Positions 36,001-43,768 of a stretch of DNA of 51,569 bases are shown here, one piece after another (the first letter of the stretch is position 1; each line of letters begins with the position of its first letter). A program made the translations under genes and the position numbers. Source of the stretch: a bacterium (lineage in GTDB: Bacteria > Electryoneota > Tariuqbacteria > Tariuqbacterales > JADHWD01); assembly GCA_016783645.1 (NCBI GenBank), contig JADHWD010000001.1, positions 1-51,569 on the forward strand, read 5' to 3'. The notes under the pieces were generated by a model. The model did not search any database, was not told the DNA's origin, and saw only the letters and a program-made list of their open reading frames with translations.

Positions 36001-39000
36001 GTTGAAAGGCAAAGTATATCAAACCGATTCCACTACCATCATTATCGGGGCTGCTGTAACCGCTGTCAAACAGAGCACCGGTGTCCCTTATAGTTCAACC
36101 ACCAACAATCAGGGTTCATATACGCTAAATCTGAACTCCGGTACTTACCATGTAACCGCTTCCAAATCGGGATTTCTGATTTCCGAGCGGGATACCACAA
36201 TCAGCGCAGGTGTAATCATAACCGGATTCAAATTCTATCTTCAGCCTAACTTAGCCAGTTTGCAGGGTTCGGTGAAAAGGAGTTCCACCCAAGCCGCTAT
36301 CGCCAACGCTTTAGTCACCGCCGCCAATGTCAGCACTCAGCAGGGCGCAAGTGCTTATACCAATGAGACCGGTTTTTATCAATTTACTTCTTTAGTGCAG
36401 GGCAGTTATAATATCACAGTCACGCATTCTCAGTATCAGACCGGCAATGCTTCAGGTGTGAACCTGCTGGGCGGCAACACCACCACTCAAAATTTCAGTT
36501 TGATCGGTCTTGATGGCTCTATCGCCGGCAATGTCAGCGATAATTTCGGCGGAACTGTATCCGGCGCTACTATCGAAGCGCAGAAAGCCACCGGTGAAAT
36601 ATTCTTCATCACCACCGGCAGTATAGGTAACTACACATTAGTGAACCTTCCTCCCGGTAATTACAATCTCAGCGCCGCCAAGGAAGGCTATTCTGTCGGC
36701 CAGATCACAGGTTTAGTCTTGACTCCCGCCGGCAGTCTCACCGGGCAGAATTTCAATCTGATCCGCAGTGACGGTATTATCGTAGGCAAGGCGCTTAACC
36801 CTGCAGGACAGGGGCTGGCGAACGCCACGGTAACCGCTAATGACAGCGCCGGTAATGTGGGTTACGCCGCAAGCGCACCTAACGGTCTGTTCACAATAAG
36901 CAATTTATCAACCGCTAATAATTATCATTTATCCGTAAGCCTCGGCGGTTCTTCGCTGGCGCAGGGAATGATCTCAACTTCTCTATGGCAATGGGGAGTC
37001 ACGGATACCGCTTTCTTCTACCTTATTTCTGACTCTCTTTGGATTTCCGGTTATGTAGTCAATCAAGGAAATACGCCTAAAAATAATATAAAGGTTAAAG
37101 CCGTCAGCGGTTCATTATCGAAGTTCGCCTACAGCAATGCTAATGGTTATTATTCTATAGCTGAAATCGCTCCGCAAAAAACTTACAAAGTATTCACTGA
37201 CGCATATAACACCCAGTTGGTCAACGATACCGTGAATGTGGTAGTTACATTCAGCAATCAACCCGCCGATACTTTGATGCTGATTGAGAGTTCCTCCTCC
37301 ATTTCCGGATTAATCATCAATGCCGCCGGCGCCGGTATGGCTAATGTCCAAGTCAAGGCGAAACGGTTGACAGACGGTTTCATCATTTCCGCTATATCCG
37401 ACGGCAGCGGTTCATATACTATCCCCAACTTGTTGGACACCACTTATTATGTTTATCCCACCAAATCCGGTTACACCGCAACAGTTCTAAATGATGATAC
37501 TCTAACAGTCGGCATCAATCAGCACCTGACAGGTATAGATTTTAGACTGAGCCAGATTCTCATCACAATTTCGGGGAATTTAAGCAACGGTTTCAGCGGC
37601 GGGATGCCCAGCGAAAATATCATTCTGTGGGCATCCACCAAACTTGACACTGAAATCACCGATAACAGCGGCAATTACACATTCACCGGTATGCCGCCTT
37701 CGGTTCAGTATCAGCTATCCAGTAATCTGCCGCCTGTGCAATATGACAATGATGATTCCACCTTTGTCGCCGGAACTTCAAATAAAAGCAATATAAACTT
37801 GATTGTATCTCCCCACAATTCAAGCATCTATGGCGTTGTGCGGGAAGCGGAACCGCCTTCCTATTTCCCGATTGGCAATGCCGCGGTTTCGCTGAATCTG
37901 GAAGATCCCATATTCACTAACGCCGCAGGTGAATTCGCATTCAATTACCTCCAGCCGGATGACTATTATTTGACTTTCGATAAACCCGGCTACATTGGCA
38001 GTGATACCACTTTTAATATTAGCATTTCAGATACAATCTCACTGTATATCGGATTGGAGAATCTGATTAATTCCATCAGCGGCACTGTGACTAATAGTGT
38101 GTTAGGCGATACCGTCCGGTTGAACAATGCAATAGTGATTATCAGAAATTTAGAGACCGGTGTCCAGTATAAAGATACGACGGTTTCCGGTATTTATTCA
38201 TTTGTGGATCTTATCGTCAATGACAGATATCTCATCACGGCGGAAAAGAAGGGGTATCAGATTTATACCAGCGATACACTTACATTCCTACAAAACAACA
38301 TCGCCAATTTCGCCCTGACTCCTTTCCAGAACAGCGTCTATGGGACTGTAAGGAATACTTCTTTACAGCCGATAGCCAACGCTGTCGTGTCTATCAGTGA
38401 TTTCGGCGCTTCCATAGAATACGACAATACTAATTCCTTCGGAGATTATTCCTTCCTGCTGTCGCCCGGCAATTACCAGCTTTACGCAGTTACTCCCAGC
38501 GGACTAGATTCTTACCATGAAAATATCTTTTTCAATTCCGGTTTCAGCGCCCGCAAGATGCTCACTGTCAGAAATACTGGTAAACTTGAGGGGAATGTAG
38601 AAACTGTTTACGGTCTTATTCCCCCCGGGCATGCGGTGATAACTTTATACAACAATATCAATTCATATCTATATAGCATCGAATCGGATGATAACGGTTA
38701 TTTCCATTTTGAAGGTTTAAGAGCTAATCCTTACACCATTTCGGCGAGCCTGGCGGGATATGAATTTAAAAACTCACCCCAGGTGTTCACCGCCGCCTTG
38801 GGAGTCACTTCCAACATACAATTTATTGTGTTCTCCACTAATAACGCGGTCACGGGTTCAGTGAAAGAACTGACTTCAAACGCTAATATCGGCGGCGCTT
38901 CCGTGTATCTGTTCAAAACCGAACTGCCGGACACTTCAACTCAAAAAAAGACCACTTCCGCCGCCGGCACTTTCTCATTCCAAAATCTTGACGCCGGACA

Positions 39001-41581
39001 TTATATGCTTTGGGCTGAAAAATCCGGCTATGTTACCATCGACTCCACGGAATTCGATGTCTTTGGAAATTCGACGGTCCAAAAGACTCTCAAACTCCAG
39101 CTTATCACCGGCGCTATCAGCGGCACGACAATCAATACTTTAACTTCCACACCGCTATCGGGAGTCGATGTCAATCTCAAATCGGTTTCCCCGGGTTATG
39201 ACAGCACTCAAGTGACCGGCTCTTCGGGAACATTCATATTCTCACCTCCGGACATCGGTTTCTATATACTCAAAGCGGCGAAATCAGGCTATATAGTTCA
39301 GCCTGACAGCTTCTACCTTGATTTCAAGCTGACCACTTCGATTTCCGGCAAGACTTTTCAATTGACACCGGATATTGACACGGTGAATGTTTCGGGATAT
39401 GTGATTCACGGAAACGATTCACTACAGAATGTTAAAATCTATTTCCAATCCGTCATCACCAGTTTCAAAGACTCCACTCTGACAGACTCAGATGGATTCT
39501 ACAGCAGGAACATCATCGCTCCGGAGGAAATATTAATCCGAGCCGTTTTATCGGGATTCCCCGATCAGGTTTCACCCGCTTATTCGATTGTATCCGGAAG
39601 CATTCAGCATGATTTCCGATTCCCGGCGGGACAGATGATATTCCATGTGACTTCCGATGGAATCACTCCTCTGCCCTATATCGGTTTGAACATAAATAAT
39701 ACATTGAAGGGAATAGATTACGATACCTTGACTAATACGATGGGTATCGCCTCCACCTATAACCGTCTGCCCGGGGATAGTTTAAATCCCGTGCCTTACA
39801 CTGTGTCTATCACCGATAACCGTCCGAATATAGTGCCGCTTCAGCCTTTAACTATACCGCTGGGATATGATGAAATCGATTCAGTTGATATAATTTTGGG
39901 CGTAACTTATGAACCTTTGGAAGTCGTCCCCGCTAAGGCTACCATCTGGGTGCATCTATTCGCCGCTAAAGCGCTGAACCTGCCCGATTCCAGCGTAAAA
40001 ATGCTATATAAGCTCCCGTCGGAATCGGTATATGCCGAAAAGTATATGGAAATATTCGGGGACAGCGCCGCTTATGATATTTACCGCAGTTTCATCCCCC
40101 CGCAGCCATTATCCGGAAATATGTATTATAAATTTCAGATTGAAGGAGACGGACTCACATTCGTCAATCAACCGGATTCCTTCACCGTCACTTCGCAAGG
40201 TGTATTGTCCATTCTGAAACTGGAACCCTCTAATACAAGCGTTCAGCTGGGTTACAGTAAGACCTTCATCTTGGAAGCCTATGATGATGTATATAATCTG
40301 CTTAACGATTCACTCGATAATGTTCAATGGTCACATTGGGATGCTCTTAATCAGGCGGATACGACATCACTTGGTGGATTGACATATTATTACGATGACA
40401 CTTCGGCGGTTGGAATCCCCTTGCCCACAAGAGTCGTTTTCACCTCCGATCCCGATTCAGCGGGAACGGTCAAGATAAAAGCCACCGCCTTTAAGGGTGA
40501 TGTGACATTATCTAAAACCGCCACCCTGTTGACCGAGCGGCGTGTATTAGGAACGATGAGCATCAGCAGCACCGGCAATAAAACCAGCGTCGCCAACACC
40601 GACAGCGTTACCTTCACCATAAACGCGCTCGACACCGCCGGAATCACCATGATACCTCCGCCTTTGGAATGGACATTTGAACCGGAAGGATTGGGAACGC
40701 TCACCGCTTTATCCGAGTATCAAGCCCGCTTCAAACCCTATCCGAGTAAGGTAGGAAGAGTGATGGTTTCGGCAGCTGATACATTATCCGGTATATCAGC
40801 GCAATTCAACACGCAATCGAGTAATGTCAACAATCACGGATTATTCATCACTCAGAAAATATATAACACCACCCAGACCATTATTGATGACGGCGCAGGA
40901 TTTTCATTATCTATTCCCCCGGGTTCAGTCATTCCCGGTCAGAATTTCTCTATAAAACTCAACCGCCCGCCGCTCCCGCAGGTGAAACAGACCCGCCCCT
41001 CCAAGGAGATCAATATGGACTCCTATGCGTTGACAATTGAAGGGGGTTCCTTTGCGGCGGCGATGGATTCGATGGAACTCACTTTACCGATTCCGGAAGA
41101 GACTAAACGTCTGCAGACAGCCATCGGTAAGTGGGATGATGATAGTCTTAGATGGGACGACCTCGGCGGTATTATTTCATCCGACGGCAATTATATCAGC
41201 GCCTCCATCAAAGGATTCAGCGAGTTTGTGGTAATCGGCAATTCCAAGCCGCTTGGTATTGAAAATCTGGAATTCCATCCCAATCCCTTCTCGTCGACAA
41301 AAGGCGATCTGAGTATCGAATTCATCATCAATTCGGATATGGATACCAATCCCGAAGTCACTATGAAGTTATATAACATGCGGGGCGACTTGGTTCGGAC
41401 ACTATTGAATCGTGAATCTAAATCAAAAGGACCTCACAATCGTGATAATGATCCGGTTATATGGGATGGTTTAACTAATGATGAATTGATGGCGAGGAAT
41501 GGAAGATATTTATTGCAGATGATTGTAGAAGATCCTTCCGGCAAGAAGGAATATTTCGACACGGTGGTGTTGATTAAATAA
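33053..41581 (+). CDS. Giant (~2,842 aa) cell-surface protein: tandem carboxypeptidase-regulatory-like (Cna/PEGA-type) beta-sandwich modules plus T9SS/FlgD-Ig-like C-terminal domain
   Basis: Signal peptide 'LILLSILSLPAKAW'. 12 exact K-x-G-[YF] module signatures (e.g. 'ASKDGYLSS', 'ASKTGYITT', 'AAKSGFSNS', 'AEKSGYVTI') plus at least 4 degenerate ones, each preceded by '(D/N)GxY.F..L..GxY'. C-terminus 'FHPNPFSS...LYNMRGDLV...NGRYLLQM'. ATG 33053 preferred over TTG 33050. Confidence 0.85.
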   Translation: MKYLSNVIRLSISALILLSILSLPAKAWIIDQSFYNSIENINAGLSIIQIPMQMIEEWDSVTVIWSTTGSPEHGILWYDLNPGNADTNNYFYRLEDPAHTNMFKTIGQNINIGLLYCMISTPSGLTSIEFPMVREADEPVTLIGPQSPSGGIGGVTTSTPLFEWEPIPNVPYYHVLLSDQVFEIEEDSTGALTTTGANIIWQVITSSTSIVYGTPDPSNNFNNLNFPPLVGNTPGNPRPTYNWVVLNNYGNMPELSSDEVGDLMAFEINVVPPFASPVLLEPVSPPDTLTILTGSIIDFVWTSVSAASNYHLYLTRKEETPGASSAYIPIWYIQSTINAVECPAVSILTNGEYRWKIIAEDNQGQGVMAAPEDFYYSVDNKYIWVQVKNADSNQPISGARVEFLPIEGPSLMFTMTDDNGYAWKYMPYGTYIFEFSKDGFITTETAEFIVDENTLDGEGNVYVYYIEPLYSTVFGTVVDDRDSLVIFANVTAINTASGVSEISQSNNSGSFSINLSSGNYSFLASKDGYLSSQTIITYLLPDTNLNLNNIDTLEMSRNLYDLSGVVYNPDNEPISLAHVTCVMGTELYEYTTGSNGSFIFAVANGNWELNAEKPAFWVSSDPLIITILNSSSFNNNLQLTPAANIISGQVYQGAVLSPGEAMVRAIPGAGNIEEVQVNNQGSYILSLPTGTFEINAYLDGYTSPTPVNLSLSAGETISGLNFTLLPNPSYITGKITSNGINPIPGAIVSSGSVSDTTGTQGNYTLNVPSGPHTVTASKTGYITTSSQQVNVAVGQTLSNINIILTPNAATINGSVQSDGDPVYLAAVTAKKDVTGTTYTVQTQENGSYSFSIPYGTYSVWAAKSGFSNSDTSTVTINPGQTINDVNFNIIIDLGYLTGSTLYNGQGLSYTQVNAAALDNPSITFNTQATYYGNFNLPVTPNHQYKITIEKTGFVSYIDTTDTPIVGNQSYNFGDITMTQLQSQLKGKVYQTDSTTIIIGAAVTAVKQSTGVPYSSTTNNQGSYTLNLNSGTYHVTASKSGFLISERDTTISAGVIITGFKFYLQPNLASLQGSVKRSSTQAAIANALVTAANVSTQQGASAYTNETGFYQFTSLVQGSYNITVTHSQYQTGNASGVNLLGGNTTTQNFSLIGLDGSIAGNVSDNFGGTVSGATIEAQKATGEIFFITTGSIGNYTLVNLPPGNYNLSAAKEGYSVGQITGLVLTPAGSLTGQNFNLIRSDGIIVGKALNPAGQGLANATVTANDSAGNVGYAASAPNGLFTISNLSTANNYHLSVSLGGSSLAQGMISTSLWQWGVTDTAFFYLISDSLWISGYVVNQGNTPKNNIKVKAVSGSLSKFAYSNANGYYSIAEIAPQKTYKVFTDAYNTQLVNDTVNVVVTFSNQPADTLMLIESSSSISGLIINAAGAGMANVQVKAKRLTDGFIISAISDGSGSYTIPNLLDTTYYVYPTKSGYTATVLNDDTLTVGINQHLTGIDFRLSQILITISGNLSNGFSGGMPSENIILWASTKLDTEITDNSGNYTFTGMPPSVQYQLSSNLPPVQYDNDDSTFVAGTSNKSNINLIVSPHNSSIYGVVREAEPPSYFPIGNAAVSLNLEDPIFTNAAGEFAFNYLQPDDYYLTFDKPGYIGSDTTFNISISDTISLYIGLENLINSISGTVTNSVLGDTVRLNNAIVIIRNLETGVQYKDTTVSGIYSFVDLIVNDRYLITAEKKGYQIYTSDTLTFLQNNIANFALTPFQNSVYGTVRNTSLQPIANAVVSISDFGASIEYDNTNSFGDYSFLLSPGNYQLYAVTPSGLDSYHENIFFNSGFSARKMLTVRNTGKLEGNVETVYGLIPPGHAVITLYNNINSYLYSIESDDNGYFHFEGLRANPYTISASLAGYEFKNSPQVFTAALGVTSNIQFIVFSTNNAVTGSVKELTSNANIGGASVYLFKTELPDTSTQKKTTSAAGTFSFQNLDAGHYMLWAEKSGYVTIDSTEFDVFGNSTVQKTLKLQLITGAISGTTINTLTSTPLSGVDVNLKSVSPGYDSTQVTGSSGTFIFSPPDIGFYILKAAKSGYIVQPDSFYLDFKLTTSISGKTFQLTPDIDTVNVSGYVIHGNDSLQNVKIYFQSVITSFKDSTLTDSDGFYSRNIIAPEEILIRAVLSGFPDQVSPAYSIVSGSIQHDFRFPAGQMIFHVTSDGITPLPYIGLNINNTLKGIDYDTLTNTMGIASTYNRLPGDSLNPVPYTVSITDNRPNIVPLQPLTIPLGYDEIDSVDIILGVTYEPLEVVPAKATIWVHLFAAKALNLPDSSVKMLYKLPSESVYAEKYMEIFGDSAAYDIYRSFIPPQPLSGNMYYKFQIEGDGLTFVNQPDSFTVTSQGVLSILKLEPSNTSVQLGYSKTFILEAYDDVYNLLNDSLDNVQWSHWDALNQADTTSLGGLTYYYDDTSAVGIPLPTRVVFTSDPDSAGTVKIKATAFKGDVTLSKTATLLTERRVLGTMSISSTGNKTSVANTDSVTFTINALDTAGITMIPPPLEWTFEPEGLGTLTALSEYQARFKPYPSKVGRVMVSAADTLSGISAQFNTQSSNVNNHGLFITQKIYNTTQTIIDDGAGFSLSIPPGSVIPGQNFSIKLNRPPLPQVKQTRPSKEINMDSYALTIEGGSFAAAMDSMELTLPIPEETKRLQTAIGKWDDDSLRWDDLGGIISSDGNYISASIKGFSEFVVIGNSKPLGIENLEFHPNPFSSTKGDLSIEFIINSDMDTNPEVTMKLYNMRGDLVRTLLNRESKSKGPHNRDNDPVIWDGLTNDELMARNGRYLLQMIVEDPSGKKEYFDTVVLIK

Positions 41582-41602
41582 TTTTGTGAATACTCCAAAA
41601 CC

Positions 41603-41812
41603 GTCATTTCATGTTCCCGACAGGTTTCAAGGGCAAAGCCCGTAACCTGCCGGGGGTATGCCTGCCGCTTTACGCCTCCTGCGGAGGCTTGAAAAACGGC
41701 AGGAACGAAAAGATCGATTATGAGTATGTCGGGGTCAGGGACGACCCCGACTACATGGTGGTGACGTCTACCTTAGTCTCGTAGTCCGGGTCGTCCCTGA
41801 CCCGGACATGTA
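41603..41812. repeat. Hairpin mosaic array 5
   Basis: cccgacaggtt..aacctgccggg (41616-41654), cctgccg..gcctcctgcggaggc..cggcagg, and the inverted pair gtcggggtcagggacgaccccgac (41728-41751) / gtccgggtcgtccctgacccggac (41784-41807). Confidence 0.85.
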
Positions 41813-41937
41813 TAATCCCAAGCTTCAGAAAACTAAACTGTTTGGATTATGAATCGAGTTTTGAATGACGAAAGTTACTGATCTTCAAAGGAATATAATG
41901 TTAACATATTTTAAAATAATCGCACAGCGAGGTTTCC

Positions 41938-42876
41938 ATGAAACCCGAATATCGAATATCGACTTTTATTATTTTATTTATTTTCGTTGCAGCGCCTTGT
42001 TACTCTGAGGGGCTTTCCCATATCCCCGGGGCTTTTGTAGATATAGGCTATGGTGCAAGGCCTATGGGGATGGGCGGCGCTTTCACCGGACTTGCCGACG
42101 ACCATAACGCCGTGATGTGGAATCCGGCGGGGATGTGCCGGGTGCAGGGGAACGGTATATCCTTCATGTGGGCTAAACAGTTCGGATTCGTTCCCTATAA
42201 TTATTTGAGCTATAGCCGGGAATTGGGCAAGGATTACAGGATCGGCGCCGGTGTGATTTTCAGCGGCGATGAAGTACTCAGCGAATCGACAACTTTAGTA
42301 TCTTTCGCATCCCCTTTAACCAGAGCCTGGTATAAACTATCCGATGTGTATTTGGGTTTAAGCGTCAAACTGCGCTGGGCTTCCTTCGGAAACAATTCCG
42401 ACGGAGATGCTGACCGAGTCACCGGCGACGCTTTCGGCTACGGCTTCGACTTTGGCATCATGGTGATTCCCAATGACAAATTTTCCGCCGGATTATTATT
42501 CCGCGATTTAGTGAATGACATCACCTGGAATTCTTCCTCCTCCGGCAAATACTCCGAATCGGTCCCGGAAGAATTGACTATAGGTTTCTCTTATAAACCC
42601 ACTTCAAGGTCGATAGTCGCGTTCGATTTGCGCAAAGCATTGTATAAGGATGTGGAGGACAGGATAATCATCGGCGTCGAACAGCAGTTGTTCGGATTAT
42701 TGAAACTCCGCGCGGGATGGGGCAGAAGTCTCAGCGCCGAATACTCCAACCAGGATATCGCATTAGGCTTAGGATTATATAGGGCTATCGGCAAGCTGGA
42801 TTTCATGTTCGATTTCGCCTATATGCTTAATGATTTGAAAAACACACCCCGGGTGGGAGCGAGTATTAACTGGTAG
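41938..42876 (+). CDS. Outer-membrane beta-barrel protein, PorV/PorQ- or UPF0164-like
   Basis: 312 aa; signal peptide; 'GARPMGMGGAFTGLADDHNAVMWNPAGM' resembles the N-terminal motif of PorV-type barrels (from memory); sits next to T9SS cargo genes. Confidence 0.5.
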   Translation: MKPEYRISTFIILFIFVAAPCYSEGLSHIPGAFVDIGYGARPMGMGGAFTGLADDHNAVMWNPAGMCRVQGNGISFMWAKQFGFVPYNYLSYSRELGKDYRIGAGVIFSGDEVLSESTTLVSFASPLTRAWYKLSDVYLGLSVKLRWASFGNNSDGDADRVTGDAFGYGFDFGIMVIPNDKFSAGLLFRDLVNDITWNSSSSGKYSESVPEELTIGFSYKPTSRSIVAFDLRKALYKDVEDRIIIGVEQQLFGLLKLRAGWGRSLSAEYSNQDIALGLGLYRAIGKLDFMFDFAYMLNDLKNTPRVGASINW

Positions 42877-43580
42877 CCCGGTTTCTCCGAAACCGGGGAA
42901 TTCTTTCCCGTCAGGTTACGGACTTCGTCCTTGAAACCTGACAGTAACAAACTTATATGTGGTGTCGACTGCGGAGAGTCGACACCACAAGGAATGTAAG
43001 GACAGAACAATGTTCTGTCCCTGCTGGATTCCCGCCTGCGCGGGAATGACATATTGGCATCAAGCTCTTCATTATTCCTTGTTCGATATTCCTTGTTCGA
43101 TATTCAGATGGCAGCCCGGTTTCTCCGAAACCGGGGGAAATAAATTTACTACGGATATACAGGATATTCAGGATAAACCCTCATGCGCCGGCGGCGCACA
43201 ACTTAGCATGAAAATAGCGGTTCTGGGCTCTTGGCTCTCCCCTCTCGTTCCCACGCTCCAGCGTGGGAATGCATACAAAGGTGGATTAAGAACCCACCCT
43301 GCACCTCAGCGACTTTTGTAGGGGCGAAAGGTTTTCGCCCTCATTGCGGTTGAAAATTATTGCGAGGGCAAACGCCGTTTGCTCCTACAGGCAGCCCGGT
43401 TTCTCCGAAACTCAGGATGCTGGCAGGTCACACCCGCCTGCGGCGTGCAAGACCTGCCAGAACAAGAAACTAGACCCTAATCCCTAGCCCCCAGTCCCTA
43501 TTTTCAAAGTAAGTAGGGGCGAAGCATTTTTTTATTAACAGTACTATTTTACTAAGGTTACGAAAATGCTTCGCCCTTAC
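42873..43580. repeat. Hairpin mosaic array 6, the largest (at least 12 elements from about 10 families)
   Basis: In order: gtagcccggtttctccgaaaccgggg (42873-42898); cccgtcaggtt..aacctgacag (42907-42944); gtggtgtcgactgcggagagtcgacaccac (42959-42988). Then ggacagaacaatgttctgtcc; ggattcccgcctgcgcgggaatgacat (43026-43052); TTCCTTGTTCGATAT x2; the cccggtttctccgaaaccggg element again (43111-43137). Then ataaaccctcatgcgccggcggcgcac.. (43173-43217); ttcccacgctccagcgtgggaa (43248-43269); ggtggattaagaacccacc; gtaggggcgaaaggttttcgccc. Finally ctggcaggtc..gacctgccag (43420-43460) and the long hairpin 43513-43580. Confidence 0.9.
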
Positions 43581-43682
43581 AATTACGATTTTATAATGTA
43601 GAGGCAGGCCTTCTGTCGACGCTTCGTTCTTGGAGCAGGCAAGGTCTTGGCGGGTTTAAAAAACACCTTACAAATTCTGCAG

Positions 43683-43730
43683 TTACCGTTTACTGTTTAC
43701 TATTCACTGTCAACTGTCAACTGTCAACTA
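43683..43730. repeat. Heptamer tandem repeat (YNACTRT)n x6.9 upstream of the T9SS cargo gene
   Basis: ttaccgt ttactgt ttactat tcactgt caactgt caactgt caacta. Confidence 0.85.
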
Positions 43731-43768
43731 ATTATTATATTTTGCCGATTTTAAACACGGAGATTATC

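Noticed and set aside
33278-41379. About a dozen 60-100-aa ORFs on both strands inside the giant adhesin gene
   Set aside because: They are fully contained in a continuous 8.5-kb ORF with a clear modular protein signature. They show no ribosome-binding sites or recognisable motifs.
42959-43321. 120-aa + strand ORF, with similar ORFs at 20709..21008(-), 46985..47239(-), 42819..43052(-) and 15061..15300(-)
   Set aside because: All run through the hairpin mosaic arrays. They share peptides such as 'MVSTAESRHHK' only because the same palindromic DNA unit (gtggtgtcgac...) is repeated. They are Cys/Arg/Pro-rich nonsense with no ribosome-binding sites.
42873-43580. CRISPR array? This covers the dense short palindromic repeats here and in the other arrays, and the 17417-17626 tandem repeat.
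   Set aside because: There is no single repeat of constant length alternating with unique spacers of constant length. Neighbouring units belong to different families, occur in both orientations and often touch each other. The 17417 array has no spacers at all. No cas genes are present.
43742-43768. Alternative upstream starts taken by the ORF track (TTG 43742; likewise 47351, 33050, 5270 and 10454)
   Set aside because: In each case a downstream ATG has a better Shine-Dalgarno match, yields a standard signal peptide or N-terminus, and avoids running into repeat arrays or the preceding gene. The choice remains uncertain by a few codons.
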